DNA of 32,322 bases from a virus (IMGVR_UViG_3300017785_002178:1-32322), one strand, 5' to 3'. Positions 1 through 10,310 are shown, numbered from the stretch's first letter. Program-made: numbers and translations. The notes: generated by a model from the sequence alone, not told the origin.

Positions 1-381
1 GGAAATCTGAAAGGCGCAAACCATAGCATTGGCATAGTTCCCTATTGCATAATCAACCGCACAACGAATTACGCTGATCCAAATTTCAACTGGGCAAAAG
101 AAGTAGATTATCTTTTTACGCTGGCAGAAGATGTAATCTTCATCGGTTACGAAAGCGAATACAATACTTTTCAGGAACTATTTAACACAAAGGCACGGTT
201 CATGCCCTGTTCATTTCTTGAAGCTGCTTACCTGATACACAATGCAAAAATGTTTACTGGATGTTATTCGGCCATGTCAACGATAGCAATGGGATTAGGA
301 ATAAACTACAGGTTAGAGCAAGCACCCGGGCATACCTGTTCATCATTAAACGAGCCAAGAGAAACCATAATCAATGTATAG
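1..381 (+). CDS. Glycosyltransferase family 9-like protein, 5'-truncated by the window edge
   Basis: Not in the ORF track. Frame 1 is open from base 1 to TAG at 379-381 and reads ...VIFIGYESEY...SFLEAAYLIHNAKMFTGCYSAMSTIAMGLG..., which resembles the GT9/heptosyltransferase C-terminal motif. Its end overlaps the next start. Confidence 0.65.
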   Translation, partial: GNLKGANHSIGIVPYCIINRTTNYADPNFNWAKEVDYLFTLAEDVIFIGYESEYNTFQELFNTKARFMPCSFLEAAYLIHNAKMFTGCYSAMSTIAMGLGINYRLEQAPGHTCSSLNEPRETIINV

Positions 382-877
382 CCAAGCCGGACAAGACGAA
401 TGGGTATTATCCCACATCAAGCAAGGTTACTATCTTGAAATAGGAGCAAGCCACCCAATAAACATTTCCAATACCTACCTGCTCGAGCAAAACGGATGGG
501 ATGGTATAAGCATTGACATAGACAACCAATGCGAAGAAATTTGGCATCAAACCCGAAAGAACCGTTTAATCATCGGCAATGCTTTAACTACTTCATTTGA
601 TTGGCTACCTAAAAGAGTGGAATATTTATCACTCGACATAGACCCGGCAAGGAACACATTTGAGATGCTTACCAAGTTGCCGCATAAAACAACACGCTTT
701 TCCTTGATAACTTACGAGCATGATTATTACCTTTGCAACGAATCGGCTGGGCATGATTACCGGCAACGATCAAGGCAAATGCTAAATAATTTGGGCTACC
801 GGCTTTTAGTTCCCGATGTATGTTATGAGGGTAAACCTTATGAGGATTGGTGGATTGATAAAACAATACGTTTTTAA
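374..877 (+). CDS. FkbM/Methyltransf_21-like SAM-dependent methyltransferase
   Basis: Motifs YSQAGQD, YYLEIGA, SNTYLLE..GWDGISID, YLSLDID, ITYEHD and EDWW are typical of this family. Confidence 0.8.
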   Translation: MYSQAGQDEWVLSHIKQGYYLEIGASHPINISNTYLLEQNGWDGISIDIDNQCEEIWHQTRKNRLIIGNALTTSFDWLPKRVEYLSLDIDPARNTFEMLTKLPHKTTRFSLITYEHDYYLCNESAGHDYRQRSRQMLNNLGYRLLVPDVCYEGKPYEDWWIDKTIRF

Positions 878-878
878 C

Positions 879-1340
879 ATGGGAAATCATAAATACATAC
901 CGACACCTGAACGAATGTTGGAACTTTGGCATGATTACACAAAATGGGCTAAAGAGAACCCTGTTAGGGTACAAGACTTTGTTGGCAAAGATGGCGAAGA
1001 AGTTTACCGGTTAAGAGAAAGACCGCTTACACAAGTTGGTTTTGAGGCGTTTGTTTATAAAAATCATGGCTTTGGGATTGAGCAATACTTTAAGAATCAG
1101 GATGGACTGTACACCGAATTTATTCCCATCTGTTCACGCATTGTGAAAGAAAGGACAGCCGACCAGATTGATGGAGGCATGACAGGCATTTACAACACAT
1201 CAATAACCCAACGGCTTAACGGGCTTACTGAAAACAGTAATGTAAAGACAGATGGAACACTAAACGTAAACTATGGACGTATACCTCAACAACCTGCATC
1301 CGAATCAGGTCAGGATGATACAGGAACGGAAACGGTTTAA
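879..1340 (+). CDS. terS: Terminase small subunit (P22 gp3-like DNA-packaging protein)
   Basis: RPLTQVGF...DQIDGGMTGIYNTSITQRLNGL pattern, directly upstream of TerL. ATG at 879 is preferred over the track start at 816. Confidence 0.8.
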   Translation: MGNHKYIPTPERMLELWHDYTKWAKENPVRVQDFVGKDGEEVYRLRERPLTQVGFEAFVYKNHGFGIEQYFKNQDGLYTEFIPICSRIVKERTADQIDGGMTGIYNTSITQRLNGLTENSNVKTDGTLNVNYGRIPQQPASESGQDDTGTETV

Positions 1341-2433
1341 CGTTGCGAATTGCGGCAGGAGATTTGGCAAATCGGCAATGGCGGTAAACATTCTTTCCGA
1401 AACGGCAATAAAGGGCTTCCCTTCCGGTTACTTCGCACCAACATACAAACTACTTGAAGGCACTTATAATGAGTGCCTATTAGCTTTAAATGAGGCTGTA
1501 GTAAGAAAACACGATAACCAATTCATTGAACTAATCACAGGCGGTAAGATAGAGTTCTGGTCATTGGATAACCCACAGGCAGGACGTTCAAGGAAATATA
1601 AGGAGGTTGTAGTGGATGAAGCAGCGTTTGTTAAAGAGTTATGGGAGGCATGGACACAAGCCATCAGGCCTACCCTTACTGATTTGAAAGGTGGGGCGTG
1701 GTTTCTGTCAACTCCGAAAGGCAAGAACGATTTCTACAAGTTGCATCAGCGGGGCTTAACTGGTGAAGCCAACTGGCAGTCATGGACGATGAGTACTTAT
1801 GATAATCCATTTATTGATCCGAAAGAAATAGACGATGCTAAGCGGGATTTGCCGGAAGTGGCGTTTAATCAGGAGTACTTAGCACAGTTTGCAGATAATA
1901 CAGCTAATCCGTTTGGGCTGAACTTCATTGAGCAATGTACTTATCCGCTGTCTAACTTACCACCTGTTTGCTTTGGTATTGATTTAGCGAAGTCATACGA
2001 CTGGACTGTAATCATCGGGCTGGACGTAAACGGTTCTGTATGTTGGTTCGATCGGTTTCAAAAGGATTGGAAGCAAACCATCACGCACATAAACAATTTA
2101 CCTGTAGTTCCAATTTCAATAGATACCACAGGCGTTGGTGACCCTGTAGCTGAGATGGTTGATAGAAGATACTACTTGGATATGTTTAAGTTTTCAAACA
2201 CGTCGAAGCAGCAGTTGATGGAGATGTTAGCAATAGCCATCCAACAAAGAAAGATAAATTTTCCTGCTGGCATTATTGCCGATGAACTTTCTAACTTCGA
2301 ATACGAATACACAAAGAACGGTGTGAAGTATTCAGCACCAACAGGACTTCACGATGATGCTGTGTGTGCATTGGCATTGGCTTGGCGCATCTTTAAGTCA
2401 GGGGCTGCAAACGGTCATTACACAATTATCTAA
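1273..2433 (+). CDS. terL: Terminase large subunit
   Basis: Walker A CGRRFGKS, Walker B VVVDEAAF, motif III STPKG, nuclease GIDLA and HDDAVCALALA. Confidence 0.95.
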   Translation: MDVYLNNLHPNQVRMIQERKRFNVANCGRRFGKSAMAVNILSETAIKGFPSGYFAPTYKLLEGTYNECLLALNEAVVRKHDNQFIELITGGKIEFWSLDNPQAGRSRKYKEVVVDEAAFVKELWEAWTQAIRPTLTDLKGGAWFLSTPKGKNDFYKLHQRGLTGEANWQSWTMSTYDNPFIDPKEIDDAKRDLPEVAFNQEYLAQFADNTANPFGLNFIEQCTYPLSNLPPVCFGIDLAKSYDWTVIIGLDVNGSVCWFDRFQKDWKQTITHINNLPVVPISIDTTGVGDPVAEMVDRRYYLDMFKFSNTSKQQLMEMLAIAIQQRKINFPAGIIADELSNFEYEYTKNGVKYSAPTGLHDDAVCALALAWRIFKSGAANGHYTII

Positions 2434-2450
2434 AAAAAGTATATTAAAGT

Positions 2451-3071
2451 ATGAACATTGAGCAATTTCAGCAACTGAACATCATTAATGAGTTCGATTT
2501 GAACGAAATGGACAAGGCAACCCAGATGGTTATGGTTTTAACCGGGAAGACTGAAGACGAGGTAGACAAGATGAGCATTAAGAAGTTCAGCAGGTTATGT
2601 GAAAGAATAAACAAGTCCTTTGATTTTCAAGGCAAAAAGATACCCAAGTACTTTGTGTTGGGCTTCAGGCTTTACAAGATTGAACTGAACATTAAGAAAA
2701 TGAAAGCGGGCAAGTACGTGGAGGGGATTGAGTTTGGCAAGAACCACATTATGAACCTGCACAAGATGATGGCATCTGCTGTAATTCCTTGTAATTGGTT
2801 AGGCAGGGAAAAGCCAATAGATGGAACAGAACATGAGGATTTGGCTGAAAAGATGCTGAAATGCAACTTTAAAGTTGCATTTTCTTGTTGTGTTTTTTTT
2901 TGCAGATTATTCACAGCCTCAATGAAAAGTTCCCATCACTATTTGAAAATGACCCTGATGGGCAAGGGGATGAGCAAAGAACAAGCAGAGGATCAGATGA
3001 AAGGTTTGCAGCAAGTTTTGGATGGAATAGCTGCAGCGAACAGGTGGCAGAATACGAAAGAATTAAATTAG
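2451..3071 (+). CDS. Putative tail assembly chaperone, zero-frame product (206 aa)
   Basis: Contains a T9 run at 2893-2901 that leads into an overlapping -1 ORF. The function is inferred from the G/GT frameshift paradigm. Confidence 0.55.
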   Translation: MNIEQFQQLNIINEFDLNEMDKATQMVMVLTGKTEDEVDKMSIKKFSRLCERINKSFDFQGKKIPKYFVLGFRLYKIELNIKKMKAGKYVEGIEFGKNHIMNLHKMMASAVIPCNWLGREKPIDGTEHEDLAEKMLKCNFKVAFSCCVFFCRLFTASMKSSHHYLKMTLMGKGMSKEQAEDQMKGLQQVLDGIAAANRWQNTKELN

Positions 3072-3160
3072 ACGATGTTTGGGCTTTGCCGGTTATTCAG
3101 TTTTTAAACGATTTGGTTTACTTAAAAGAAAAAAAGAAATACCTCAATGCCAAAAAATGA
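2894..3160 (+). CDS. -1 frameshift extension of the 2451 gene (fusion about 236 aa)
   Basis: Slippery T_TTT_TTT at 2894-2900. The -1 frame FFLQIIHSLNEKFPSLF...FGW...FLNDLVYLKEK is open to 3160 and has no ATG of its own. Confidence 0.7.
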   Translation, partial: FFLQIIHSLNEKFPSLFENDPDGQGDEQRTSRGSDERFAASFGWNSCSEQVAEYERIKLDDVWALPVIQFLNDLVYLKEKKKYLNAKK

Positions 3161-3779
3161 TTTAAGTTTTCTGGACACGAAAGGGGAGGAAAAGAATTTA
3201 TACGGCCCTGTTAAATTGGATGCTACTCGAAAAAAGATGGCAGACTATGGGGCAAGGTTTGCTTTGGCATTGCGGAAGAACTTAGAAAAAAGCAAGAACG
3301 TAAGCGAGGGAAATTTAGCGGACAGCGTTGATCCTGTAGTAAGTGTTGAGGATGGAAGAATTGTTTTGAGAATGTTTATGCTTGACTATTACGACTTCGT
3401 AAACAAAGGAGTAAGAGGAGTAAAGAGCAGTAAGAATGCGCCCGGTTCGCCTTATAATTTTAAGAACTTTTGCGTACCGGACACAATGAAGATTTCATTG
3501 GCGAAGTACATCAAGAACAACAAAGGCAGGGTAAGGAATAGAAAGAAAGATGTTGCATTTGGCATCGGTAACGAAGCGAAGGGCAAGAGATTGACAGAGG
3601 AACAGACGCAAGTAAACACGCTGGGCTACATGATAAAGCGGCAAGGTATAAAATCAACGATGTACTTCGACAAAGCATTTAAGGAAACTTTTAAAGGCTT
3701 CGAGCAGGAGATACTTGATTCATTCGGAACGGACGTTACGATAACATTGAGCGGTATTAAATTAGGTAAAAAAAGATGA
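3147..3779 (+). CDS. Basic neck/tail-completion-like protein (HK97 gp10-like)
   Basis: SEGNLADSV, YYDFVNKGVRG and IKRQGIKSTMYFDKA motifs, lysine-rich, in the structural module. Confidence 0.55.
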   Translation: MPKNDLSFLDTKGEEKNLYGPVKLDATRKKMADYGARFALALRKNLEKSKNVSEGNLADSVDPVVSVEDGRIVLRMFMLDYYDFVNKGVRGVKSSKNAPGSPYNFKNFCVPDTMKISLAKYIKNNKGRVRNRKKDVAFGIGNEAKGKRLTEEQTQVNTLGYMIKRQGIKSTMYFDKAFKETFKGFEQEILDSFGTDVTITLSGIKLGKKR

Positions 3780-4951
3780 TAACGATAATCAACACGCCAT
3801 CGGATAAACCATCAATACAGGATGATTTATGGCACGTAGTTTCAAGCAATAATGTAAGCGGATTGGGTTTTAAATACGTGTTTGATATTTTCATAGGTGG
3901 CGTTCAGAAAGTAAGAGTAAAGCAATTCCCGGATCCGACAACAAACAGAGGATACTTAAATGCTTCCGCTATTGTAAAGAACTCGATTACTTACGACTGG
4001 GTAACATTCGATAATTCCGTTTCATGTGCAAAGCCTAACATCAGCGGTGAGGTTGGTTTAGATTATGATGTAAGATACGGTGAAGAGATTAGCGGTATTA
4101 CTTCTCTAAATTTAATCAGCGGAACAACAAGGGCATTTAACTGGCGACCACCGATTTTCAAAAGACGCATCAAGGGAATATCGGATTACAATAACACATG
4201 GGTAACTTCCCGACCTTTGAGAACGAGCATAGACTATCCTGAAATTTCAGGCTCAACTTATATTGGTGAAAAGTTAATGGTAGGCTTTAACAGGGTTTCT
4301 TCTCTTAGCCTTGTTGTCAATGTTTACAATTACAACGGCACGGTAACTACAACCAACTTAGGTTCTATTTCAGCAAGTGCATCAGAGTATCATCAACTGA
4401 ATATAAGTCCATCGGCCATCAACAACTATGCAGGCAGCGCACTTATTGGAACTAATTGTAAGTATTATGAAGTTTACTTAAACGGTGCAGACAATATATT
4501 CAGGGTGGATATTATTTGCGACAGGGGATACAAGGCTATTCCGCTGCATTTTATGAACGCATGGGGGTTATTTGATACGGCACGATTCGGTTTGGTACGA
4601 AGATTGAACATGGAAGTAGAACGAAAAGGATTTACAAAACGAGATTATAAGTTTGGGCTGTCAAGTGTAGATTATTATACAGGCAACAAAGCGGTGGAGA
4701 GTAAGATAAACCACGCACAACGTGGCAGCTTTACTTACAATCTTACAATGGATGCGCCAACGGATGCGGATTACGAATGGCTGTATGAGCTTCTATTATC
4801 CCCACAAGTGTATGCAGAAATAGACGGGTACTTTTACTCGGTAACTATAAAGACAAGCAACTATGAGTTCAGCACGATAATAAACAACAGACTTCGTGTA
4901 TTTGAAATTGAAATAGAATTAAACCAAACAAGGTATGCCCATGCAAGGTAG
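3776..4951 (+). CDS. Tail tip/distal structural protein
   Basis: 391 aa, beta-rich, with FMNAWGLFD and WLYELLLSPQVY motifs seen in Bacteroidota phage tail genes. ATGA-coupled to the previous gene. Confidence 0.55.
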   Translation: MITIINTPSDKPSIQDDLWHVVSSNNVSGLGFKYVFDIFIGGVQKVRVKQFPDPTTNRGYLNASAIVKNSITYDWVTFDNSVSCAKPNISGEVGLDYDVRYGEEISGITSLNLISGTTRAFNWRPPIFKRRIKGISDYNNTWVTSRPLRTSIDYPEISGSTYIGEKLMVGFNRVSSLSLVVNVYNYNGTVTTTNLGSISASASEYHQLNISPSAINNYAGSALIGTNCKYYEVYLNGADNIFRVDIICDRGYKAIPLHFMNAWGLFDTARFGLVRRLNMEVERKGFTKRDYKFGLSSVDYYTGNKAVESKINHAQRGSFTYNLTMDAPTDADYEWLYELLLSPQVYAEIDGYFYSVTIKTSNYEFSTIINNRLRVFEIEIELNQTRYAHAR

Positions 4952-7199
4952 ATTGATAATGGAAGGTTATGAGTTGGACTTGTCTGAAGGGCTGTCTAAC
5001 CAGATCACTTATGCCGTTGATGATATTGTAAACCTTGATAGCAAGTCTACTGCATTCAGCAAAACTATTATCATTCCCGGAACAACGAACAACAATAACA
5101 TCTTTGGGAATATATTCGAAATAAACAATTCTAACTTCACGGTAGATGCACAACCGAATGTGCTGTATAACTTCAATTCTGCACTTTCAGCTGTGTGTTT
5201 TTACGAAGTAAATGGTTTGCAGATTATTAAGGGAGTTATCCGTTTGCTTGAGATTATTATAGATGGGAAGTTTATTGAGTATGAAGTTTCGATTATTGGC
5301 GAGTTGGGAGGCTTCATTAATAAACTTGGTAACAAAAGATTACAGGATATTGATTTCTCAAATTATAATCATGTTTATTCTGTTTCAAATATAGCGGATA
5401 GTTGGCTTGGTGAATTTCAATACATACCACAAGAAACGTTGTTTATTGTTTCAGCTGGTTTTAATTACATTATTTTCTTTGGCGTTAATTTCAGGCAATT
5501 AAAAACGGGACAAACTTTCACTGTTTCAAGTACAGCATCAAACAACGGAGCGTTTACAATTCTAAGCGTTGAATTTCTTACTACAGGTGCAACAAGATTT
5601 AAAGTGGTTGAGGCGGTTACATTAGAGCAGACGATTCCAATAATAAGCTATACCCTTAATCAGGGCGAAGGATATTTTTATCCGCTTACCGATTACGGAA
5701 ATGTAAGTATTGATAAAATTAATTTTCAGTATTCAGCCTATAGACCTGCTCTTTATCTAAGGGATTACGTTAATAGGATAATCACAGATGCGGGGTACAC
5801 ATGGGAATCATCTTTTTTCGATACTGCATTTTTCAAAAGATTGGCTATTGGGAACAATCAAAAAGGACTATTTAAGAACAACGTTACAGATTATGTAAAT
5901 GGAGCAACCACAACACAACAAAATATAAACTCATTAGGGCCTGTTAATGTTTTATTCGGAAGCCCTACATTAAATGATTTTACTTATTCAGCAGGCGTAT
6001 TCACATACACAGGAACGCCAACGATTACAACAAAAACAAAAGTAAAGCTAAGGGGTACAGTTACAAGCACAGCACCGGGAGCAGCTACTGTTTATATTGA
6101 TGATGTTAGTAGAACACTTGTTACTGGCACATTTGATATTGAACTTGAAATAACAAAGACATTAAACACAGGCGATACATTATCTGTTAAATTTGCTTCA
6201 TTTGCTTTTACATTCCTTTGTATTGTAAGTGTTGACAGCGCAGAGATAGTAACACAAAAAGACCCTCCGGGATTTGTTGATTTGCCATTAGGCGAAACGG
6301 TAGAGATAAACCCATCATTACCACAGGGTATATTTCAAAAGGATTTATTTACTTCCGTTTTAAAGTTGTTCAATCTAATTGTAAGCGAGGATAAATTCAT
6401 AGAAAAGCATTTGATGATAGAGCCTTACCCGGACTTCTATCAAACATCTAATTTCTTAGATTGGAGCGATAAATTAAACAGGGGCGAGCCGTACAGGATA
6501 AAGCCGATGAGTGAACTAAATGCAAGGTTCTATAATCTTAAATTTAAACAGGATAACGACTTCTATAATGAGAATTACAGAAAGAAATACAACGAAGGTT
6601 ACGGCGATAGGATTTATGATACTGCTTATGAATTTGCAAAGGAAACGGAAACGGTAGAGGTTATATTCTCATCAAGTGTATTGTTCGGTGCTGATGGTAC
6701 GGATAAGGTTTATCCTGCCGTTTATAAAAAGTCAGGCAATGATTCATTTGAAGAAGCAATGGATCACAACATTAGATTATTGCAGGTTAAAAGAATTACA
6801 GATGTTACCAGTTACAATATCTTGGATGGAACTACTGCTATTGCAAATTATGATTATTACGGATACGGTGGTCATTTAGACGACCCCGATGCACCGGCAA
6901 GCGATATAAACTTTGGCGCACCGAAACAATTATACTTTACGTTAGTAAGCGGTAACCTAACCAACAATCTATTCAATACATATTACTCACCGTACTTAGC
7001 CGAGATAACAGACAAGGACAGCAAGTTGTTGACTGGTTCATTTAAGTTGACTGTTCAAGACATTTACGATTTAGATTTCAAAAGGCTGATTTACATTGAT
7101 GGGGCCTTGTTTAGATTAATGAAGGTTATTGACTTCAATACTAATGGCGATGAACTAACTAAATGCGAATTATTAAAAGTTATAAACTTAGATTACTGA
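4935..7199 (+). CDS. Tail hub/baseplate-like protein
   Basis: 754 aa with N-terminal FSKTIIIPGT..NN.IF, YPLTDYG and C-terminal IYIDGALFRLMKV...CELLK. Located in the tail module. Confidence 0.6.
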   Translation: MPMQGRLIMEGYELDLSEGLSNQITYAVDDIVNLDSKSTAFSKTIIIPGTTNNNNIFGNIFEINNSNFTVDAQPNVLYNFNSALSAVCFYEVNGLQIIKGVIRLLEIIIDGKFIEYEVSIIGELGGFINKLGNKRLQDIDFSNYNHVYSVSNIADSWLGEFQYIPQETLFIVSAGFNYIIFFGVNFRQLKTGQTFTVSSTASNNGAFTILSVEFLTTGATRFKVVEAVTLEQTIPIISYTLNQGEGYFYPLTDYGNVSIDKINFQYSAYRPALYLRDYVNRIITDAGYTWESSFFDTAFFKRLAIGNNQKGLFKNNVTDYVNGATTTQQNINSLGPVNVLFGSPTLNDFTYSAGVFTYTGTPTITTKTKVKLRGTVTSTAPGAATVYIDDVSRTLVTGTFDIELEITKTLNTGDTLSVKFASFAFTFLCIVSVDSAEIVTQKDPPGFVDLPLGETVEINPSLPQGIFQKDLFTSVLKLFNLIVSEDKFIEKHLMIEPYPDFYQTSNFLDWSDKLNRGEPYRIKPMSELNARFYNLKFKQDNDFYNENYRKKYNEGYGDRIYDTAYEFAKETETVEVIFSSSVLFGADGTDKVYPAVYKKSGNDSFEEAMDHNIRLLQVKRITDVTSYNILDGTTAIANYDYYGYGGHLDDPDAPASDINFGAPKQLYFTLVSGNLTNNLFNTYYSPYLAEITDKDSKLLTGSFKLTVQDIYDLDFKRLIYIDGALFRLMKVIDFNTNGDELTKCELLKVINLDY

Positions 7200-7966
7200 T
7201 GAGGTACGTTATTACTTTACTTATGTGTATTGGGTTTGCTTATGCACAGCCGGGCAGCAGGATAGTTTACTCGAGCAAGTTTATAAAAGCACCGGGCTTT
7301 ATTGCTGATAGTAATTTTAAGCCACCTTCAGATACTACTAATTACAAGACAGGTATTGCCACGATTGGCAGTTCTATCTATGTTGGCAACGGTGTTAAAT
7401 GGTCTACTCCTTCAGGAGGCGGTTCGACATGGGGAAGCATTACAGGCGATTTAGACACGCAAACGGATTTATACACGGCCTTGAATTTAAAGCTGCCAAT
7501 TGCAGACACGGCAGCAATGATGAAAAGAGATACATCTTCAGCTTATCTTATTTTAGATGCAACAACATCAAGCACTACAGCGGTTGCTACAAATCTTAAA
7601 TTCCAAATAGCTGCTAATCAAAGATATTTCGTAATGGTAGATGGTACGGCTTCAAAAGCAACATCTACAAGTGGAATGAAATTAGCGATTGGAGCACCAT
7701 CGGGCTGCACAATAAAAGGTTATGCTCAACAAGGTACTGCAACATTGAGTACGGCAATGACGAACAGTTTGATAACTGCTATTAATACACTGGGCTCAAC
7801 ATTTGCAACAGGTATAGGCGTAGAAGTTCCTTTCAGAATGGTGTTCACAGTAACAAACGGAGTAAATGCAGGAACAATAGAATTGCAATTTGCAACAGTA
7901 ACGAGTAACACGGCAACCATATTCGCAGGAACAAACATGAGATGGCAACGAACTAAAGGATTATAA
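7199..7966 (+). CDS. Fibre-like protein with predicted Sec signal peptide
   Basis: ATG overlaps the previous TGA. N-terminus MRYVITLLMCIGFAYA|Q, then a WGSITGDLDTQTDL fibre motif and a Thr/Ala-rich beta C-terminal domain. Confidence 0.6.
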   Translation: MRYVITLLMCIGFAYAQPGSRIVYSSKFIKAPGFIADSNFKPPSDTTNYKTGIATIGSSIYVGNGVKWSTPSGGGSTWGSITGDLDTQTDLYTALNLKLPIADTAAMMKRDTSSAYLILDATTSSTTAVATNLKFQIAANQRYFVMVDGTASKATSTSGMKLAIGAPSGCTIKGYAQQGTATLSTAMTNSLITAINTLGSTFATGIGVEVPFRMVFTVTNGVNAGTIELQFATVTSNTATIFAGTNMRWQRTKGL

Positions 7967-7967
7967 C

Positions 7968-9704
7968 ATGGCAAAGACAACAGTAGCATTAGAATTTGAA
8001 GTAAACAGTAAGGCAGCGGAATCTTCCGTCGGTTCGTTTAAGAAACAACTAAGGGATGCCAATCAGGAACTATTAACGCTGAATGAAAAGTTTGGTGCAA
8101 CATCAAAGGAGGCGATAGCAGCAGCGAAGAAAGTAGCAAATTTAAAAGATGCTATTGGCGATGCTAAGCAGTTGAGTGAAGCCTTTAACCCCGATGCGAA
8201 GTTCAATGCTCTTGCAGGTGCTGTAACTGGGGCAGTAAGTGGCTTTCAGGCTTTGCAGGGCGCACAGGCTTTGTTTGGAACGGAGAGCAAAGAACTTGAA
8301 GAAACGTTAGTAAAGTTAAATTCCGTGATGGCTTTAAGTCAAGGCCTTAACGGAATACTTGCTGCTAAAGATGCTTTTATTGCTTTGGGAGCGCAGATAA
8401 AAAACAGCACCGTATTTATCAGGGCAAATGAATTAGCGACTAAGGCGGCAGCTATTGTGATGAAGTTGTTTGGGCAAGGAGTAGAAACAACATCAACATC
8501 ATTTAAAGTTCTAAAGGGAGCGATAGCGGCTACAGGAATTGGTTTACTTGTTGTACTTATCGGGGAGGCTGTGCAGGCGTTTCAAGAGTTTACAAGTGCT
8601 GCTGATAAGGCAGCGGAATCACAAAAGAAGTTTAACGACCTAACTTTAAAAAATGCGGAGGATGAGTTAAAAAGAATCAACACAAGATTAGACAGGGAAG
8701 AGAAGTTTGCAATAGCGAGGGCGAAACTTGCAGGAGCAAGTGAAGAAGAGATATTCCAAATTGAACAGGAATACAGGAGAAAGAAACTTGAGGCGCAAAA
8801 TAATTTTATTAGGCAGGCTTATTCATTAGATGAAGACAGAGGCGATGAGGCTGTAGCGCAAGCAAAGAAGATAAATGAAGAAGGTCAGTTAGCTGAATTA
8901 GATAATCAGTTAAAGCTAAAGAAGATTAGACAGGATGCTGCAAAACAGGAAGAAGAAGAACGTAAGGCAAGGCAAAAGAAAAAAGATGAAGAGCAAAAAA
9001 AGAAAGATGAAGAAGATCAAAAGAGATACGAGGCTACTTTAGCCACAAGATTAGAATTAACAAAACAATCAAACGAAGCAGATGATTTAGCTTTAGAAAA
9101 TGCACAAAAGCAATTCGATGCAATAGCAGAGCAAGAAGAAGAAGCTGCAAGAAAATCAGCAGAAAATAAAATATACTGGGAGCAGTTCTATGCTAACTTA
9201 AAATTAAAATCCGATGCGGAATTATTAAAGGCTGAACAAGATGCAGCAGCGCAAAGAATTGCCAACCTTCAATCTATTGCAGATTCAACAAATAAACTTG
9301 CAGACGTTGTTGGAAAACAAACGGCAGCAGGGAAAGCATTAGCCATTGCATCAGCGACTATCAATACTTTCTTAGCAGGTACAGAGGCCTTGAAAGCTAT
9401 TAAGACAGCGACTAATCCAGTTCAAGCATTAGCAGGGATAGCAACAATGGCGGCAGTTATTGCAAGCGGATTGAGAACAGTTAAAAGTATTGTTGCCGTA
9501 AGAGTACCGGGCAGCGGTGGCGGTGGTTCAATCGCTGCTCCTTCGCTTGGCAATTTCTCCCCACAAGCCACAACAACAAACCTAAACCAACAATCCATTA
9601 ACGCCATCGGGAACGTGGCTGCAAGGGCTTATGTATTGGAAACAGACGTAAGCGGTAATCAGGAAAGAATCAGGCGTTTAAACAGGGCCGCACGTATAAA
9701 TTAA
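7968..9704 (+). CDS. Tape measure protein
   Basis: 578 aa, Ala/Lys/Glu-rich and helical with hydrophobic segments (GAIAATGIGLLVVLIG). C-terminal AYVLETDV motif. Confidence 0.75.
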   Translation: MAKTTVALEFEVNSKAAESSVGSFKKQLRDANQELLTLNEKFGATSKEAIAAAKKVANLKDAIGDAKQLSEAFNPDAKFNALAGAVTGAVSGFQALQGAQALFGTESKELEETLVKLNSVMALSQGLNGILAAKDAFIALGAQIKNSTVFIRANELATKAAAIVMKLFGQGVETTSTSFKVLKGAIAATGIGLLVVLIGEAVQAFQEFTSAADKAAESQKKFNDLTLKNAEDELKRINTRLDREEKFAIARAKLAGASEEEIFQIEQEYRRKKLEAQNNFIRQAYSLDEDRGDEAVAQAKKINEEGQLAELDNQLKLKKIRQDAAKQEEEERKARQKKKDEEQKKKDEEDQKRYEATLATRLELTKQSNEADDLALENAQKQFDAIAEQEEEAARKSAENKIYWEQFYANLKLKSDAELLKAEQDAAAQRIANLQSIADSTNKLADVVGKQTAAGKALAIASATINTFLAGTEALKAIKTATNPVQALAGIATMAAVIASGLRTVKSIVAVRVPGSGGGGSIAAPSLGNFSPQATTTNLNQQSINAIGNVAARAYVLETDVSGNQERIRRLNRAARIN

Positions 9705-9732
9705 GTTACATTTTGGATTTTAAAGTATAATT
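9703..9732 (+). promoter_or_regulatory. Putative late promoter AAGTTACA-N14-GTATAATT
   Basis: The same two boxes with the same spacing occur at 10312-10341. Confidence 0.55.
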
Positions 9733-9737
9733 AGTTT

Positions 9738-10310
9738 ATGGATTTTCCTGTCTATAAACTAAAGATTAACCCCAACATTGAGGGGGCGAGCGAGGTTACA
9801 GCCGTTGCGCTCGTTGACTTACCGGCAATACAAGAGGACTTTCAGTTCTTCAATCTACACAAACAGAAATACAAAATTGAAAACGAGGAGCAGAGGATAA
9901 TCTCCGGGCCGCTGATGATAGCGGACAAGCCTATCTACAGAGAAAATGATGAGTTTGGAAGCCATTACATTGTATTCGATGCGGACACGATAAAGACAAT
10001 AGCTATCAAGTATGCAAAGAAAAAATACCAATCGAATGTAAATGAGATGCACGAAACTCCACTTGCAGGGATAGTTTTATTTGAAAGTTTTATTAGCGAT
10101 ACAAAGCGAGGCATAAAGCCGATGGTAGGTTATGAGGATGCGCCTGATGGCAGTTGGTTCGGTTCAATGTACATTGAGAATGAGCAGGTTTGGCAAGATG
10201 TTAAGGAAGGAAAGTTTAAAGGTTTCAGCGTGGAAGGTTTGTTCATTTACGATGTTCCGAAAAAAACTGATGAGGAAATTCTGAACAGTTTGAAAAAGTT
10301 ATTGAGCTAA
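9738..10310 (+). CDS. Prohead protease (XkdF-like)
   Basis: VALVDLPAI, ISGPLMIADKPIYR, NEMH, GSWF and VKEGKFKGFSVEG motifs. Upstream of the scaffold and capsid genes. Confidence 0.85.
   Translation: MDFPVYKLKINPNIEGASEVTAVALVDLPAIQEDFQFFNLHKQKYKIENEEQRIISGPLMIADKPIYRENDEFGSHYIVFDADTIKTIAIKYAKKKYQSNVNEMHETPLAGIVLFESFISDTKRGIKPMVGYEDAPDGSWFGSMYIENEQVWQDVKEGKFKGFSVEGLFIYDVPKKTDEEILNSLKKLLS

Noticed and set aside
261-443. 60-aa track ORF
   Set aside because: It is an off-frame shadow of the GT9-like frame 1 ORF and the FkbM-like gene.
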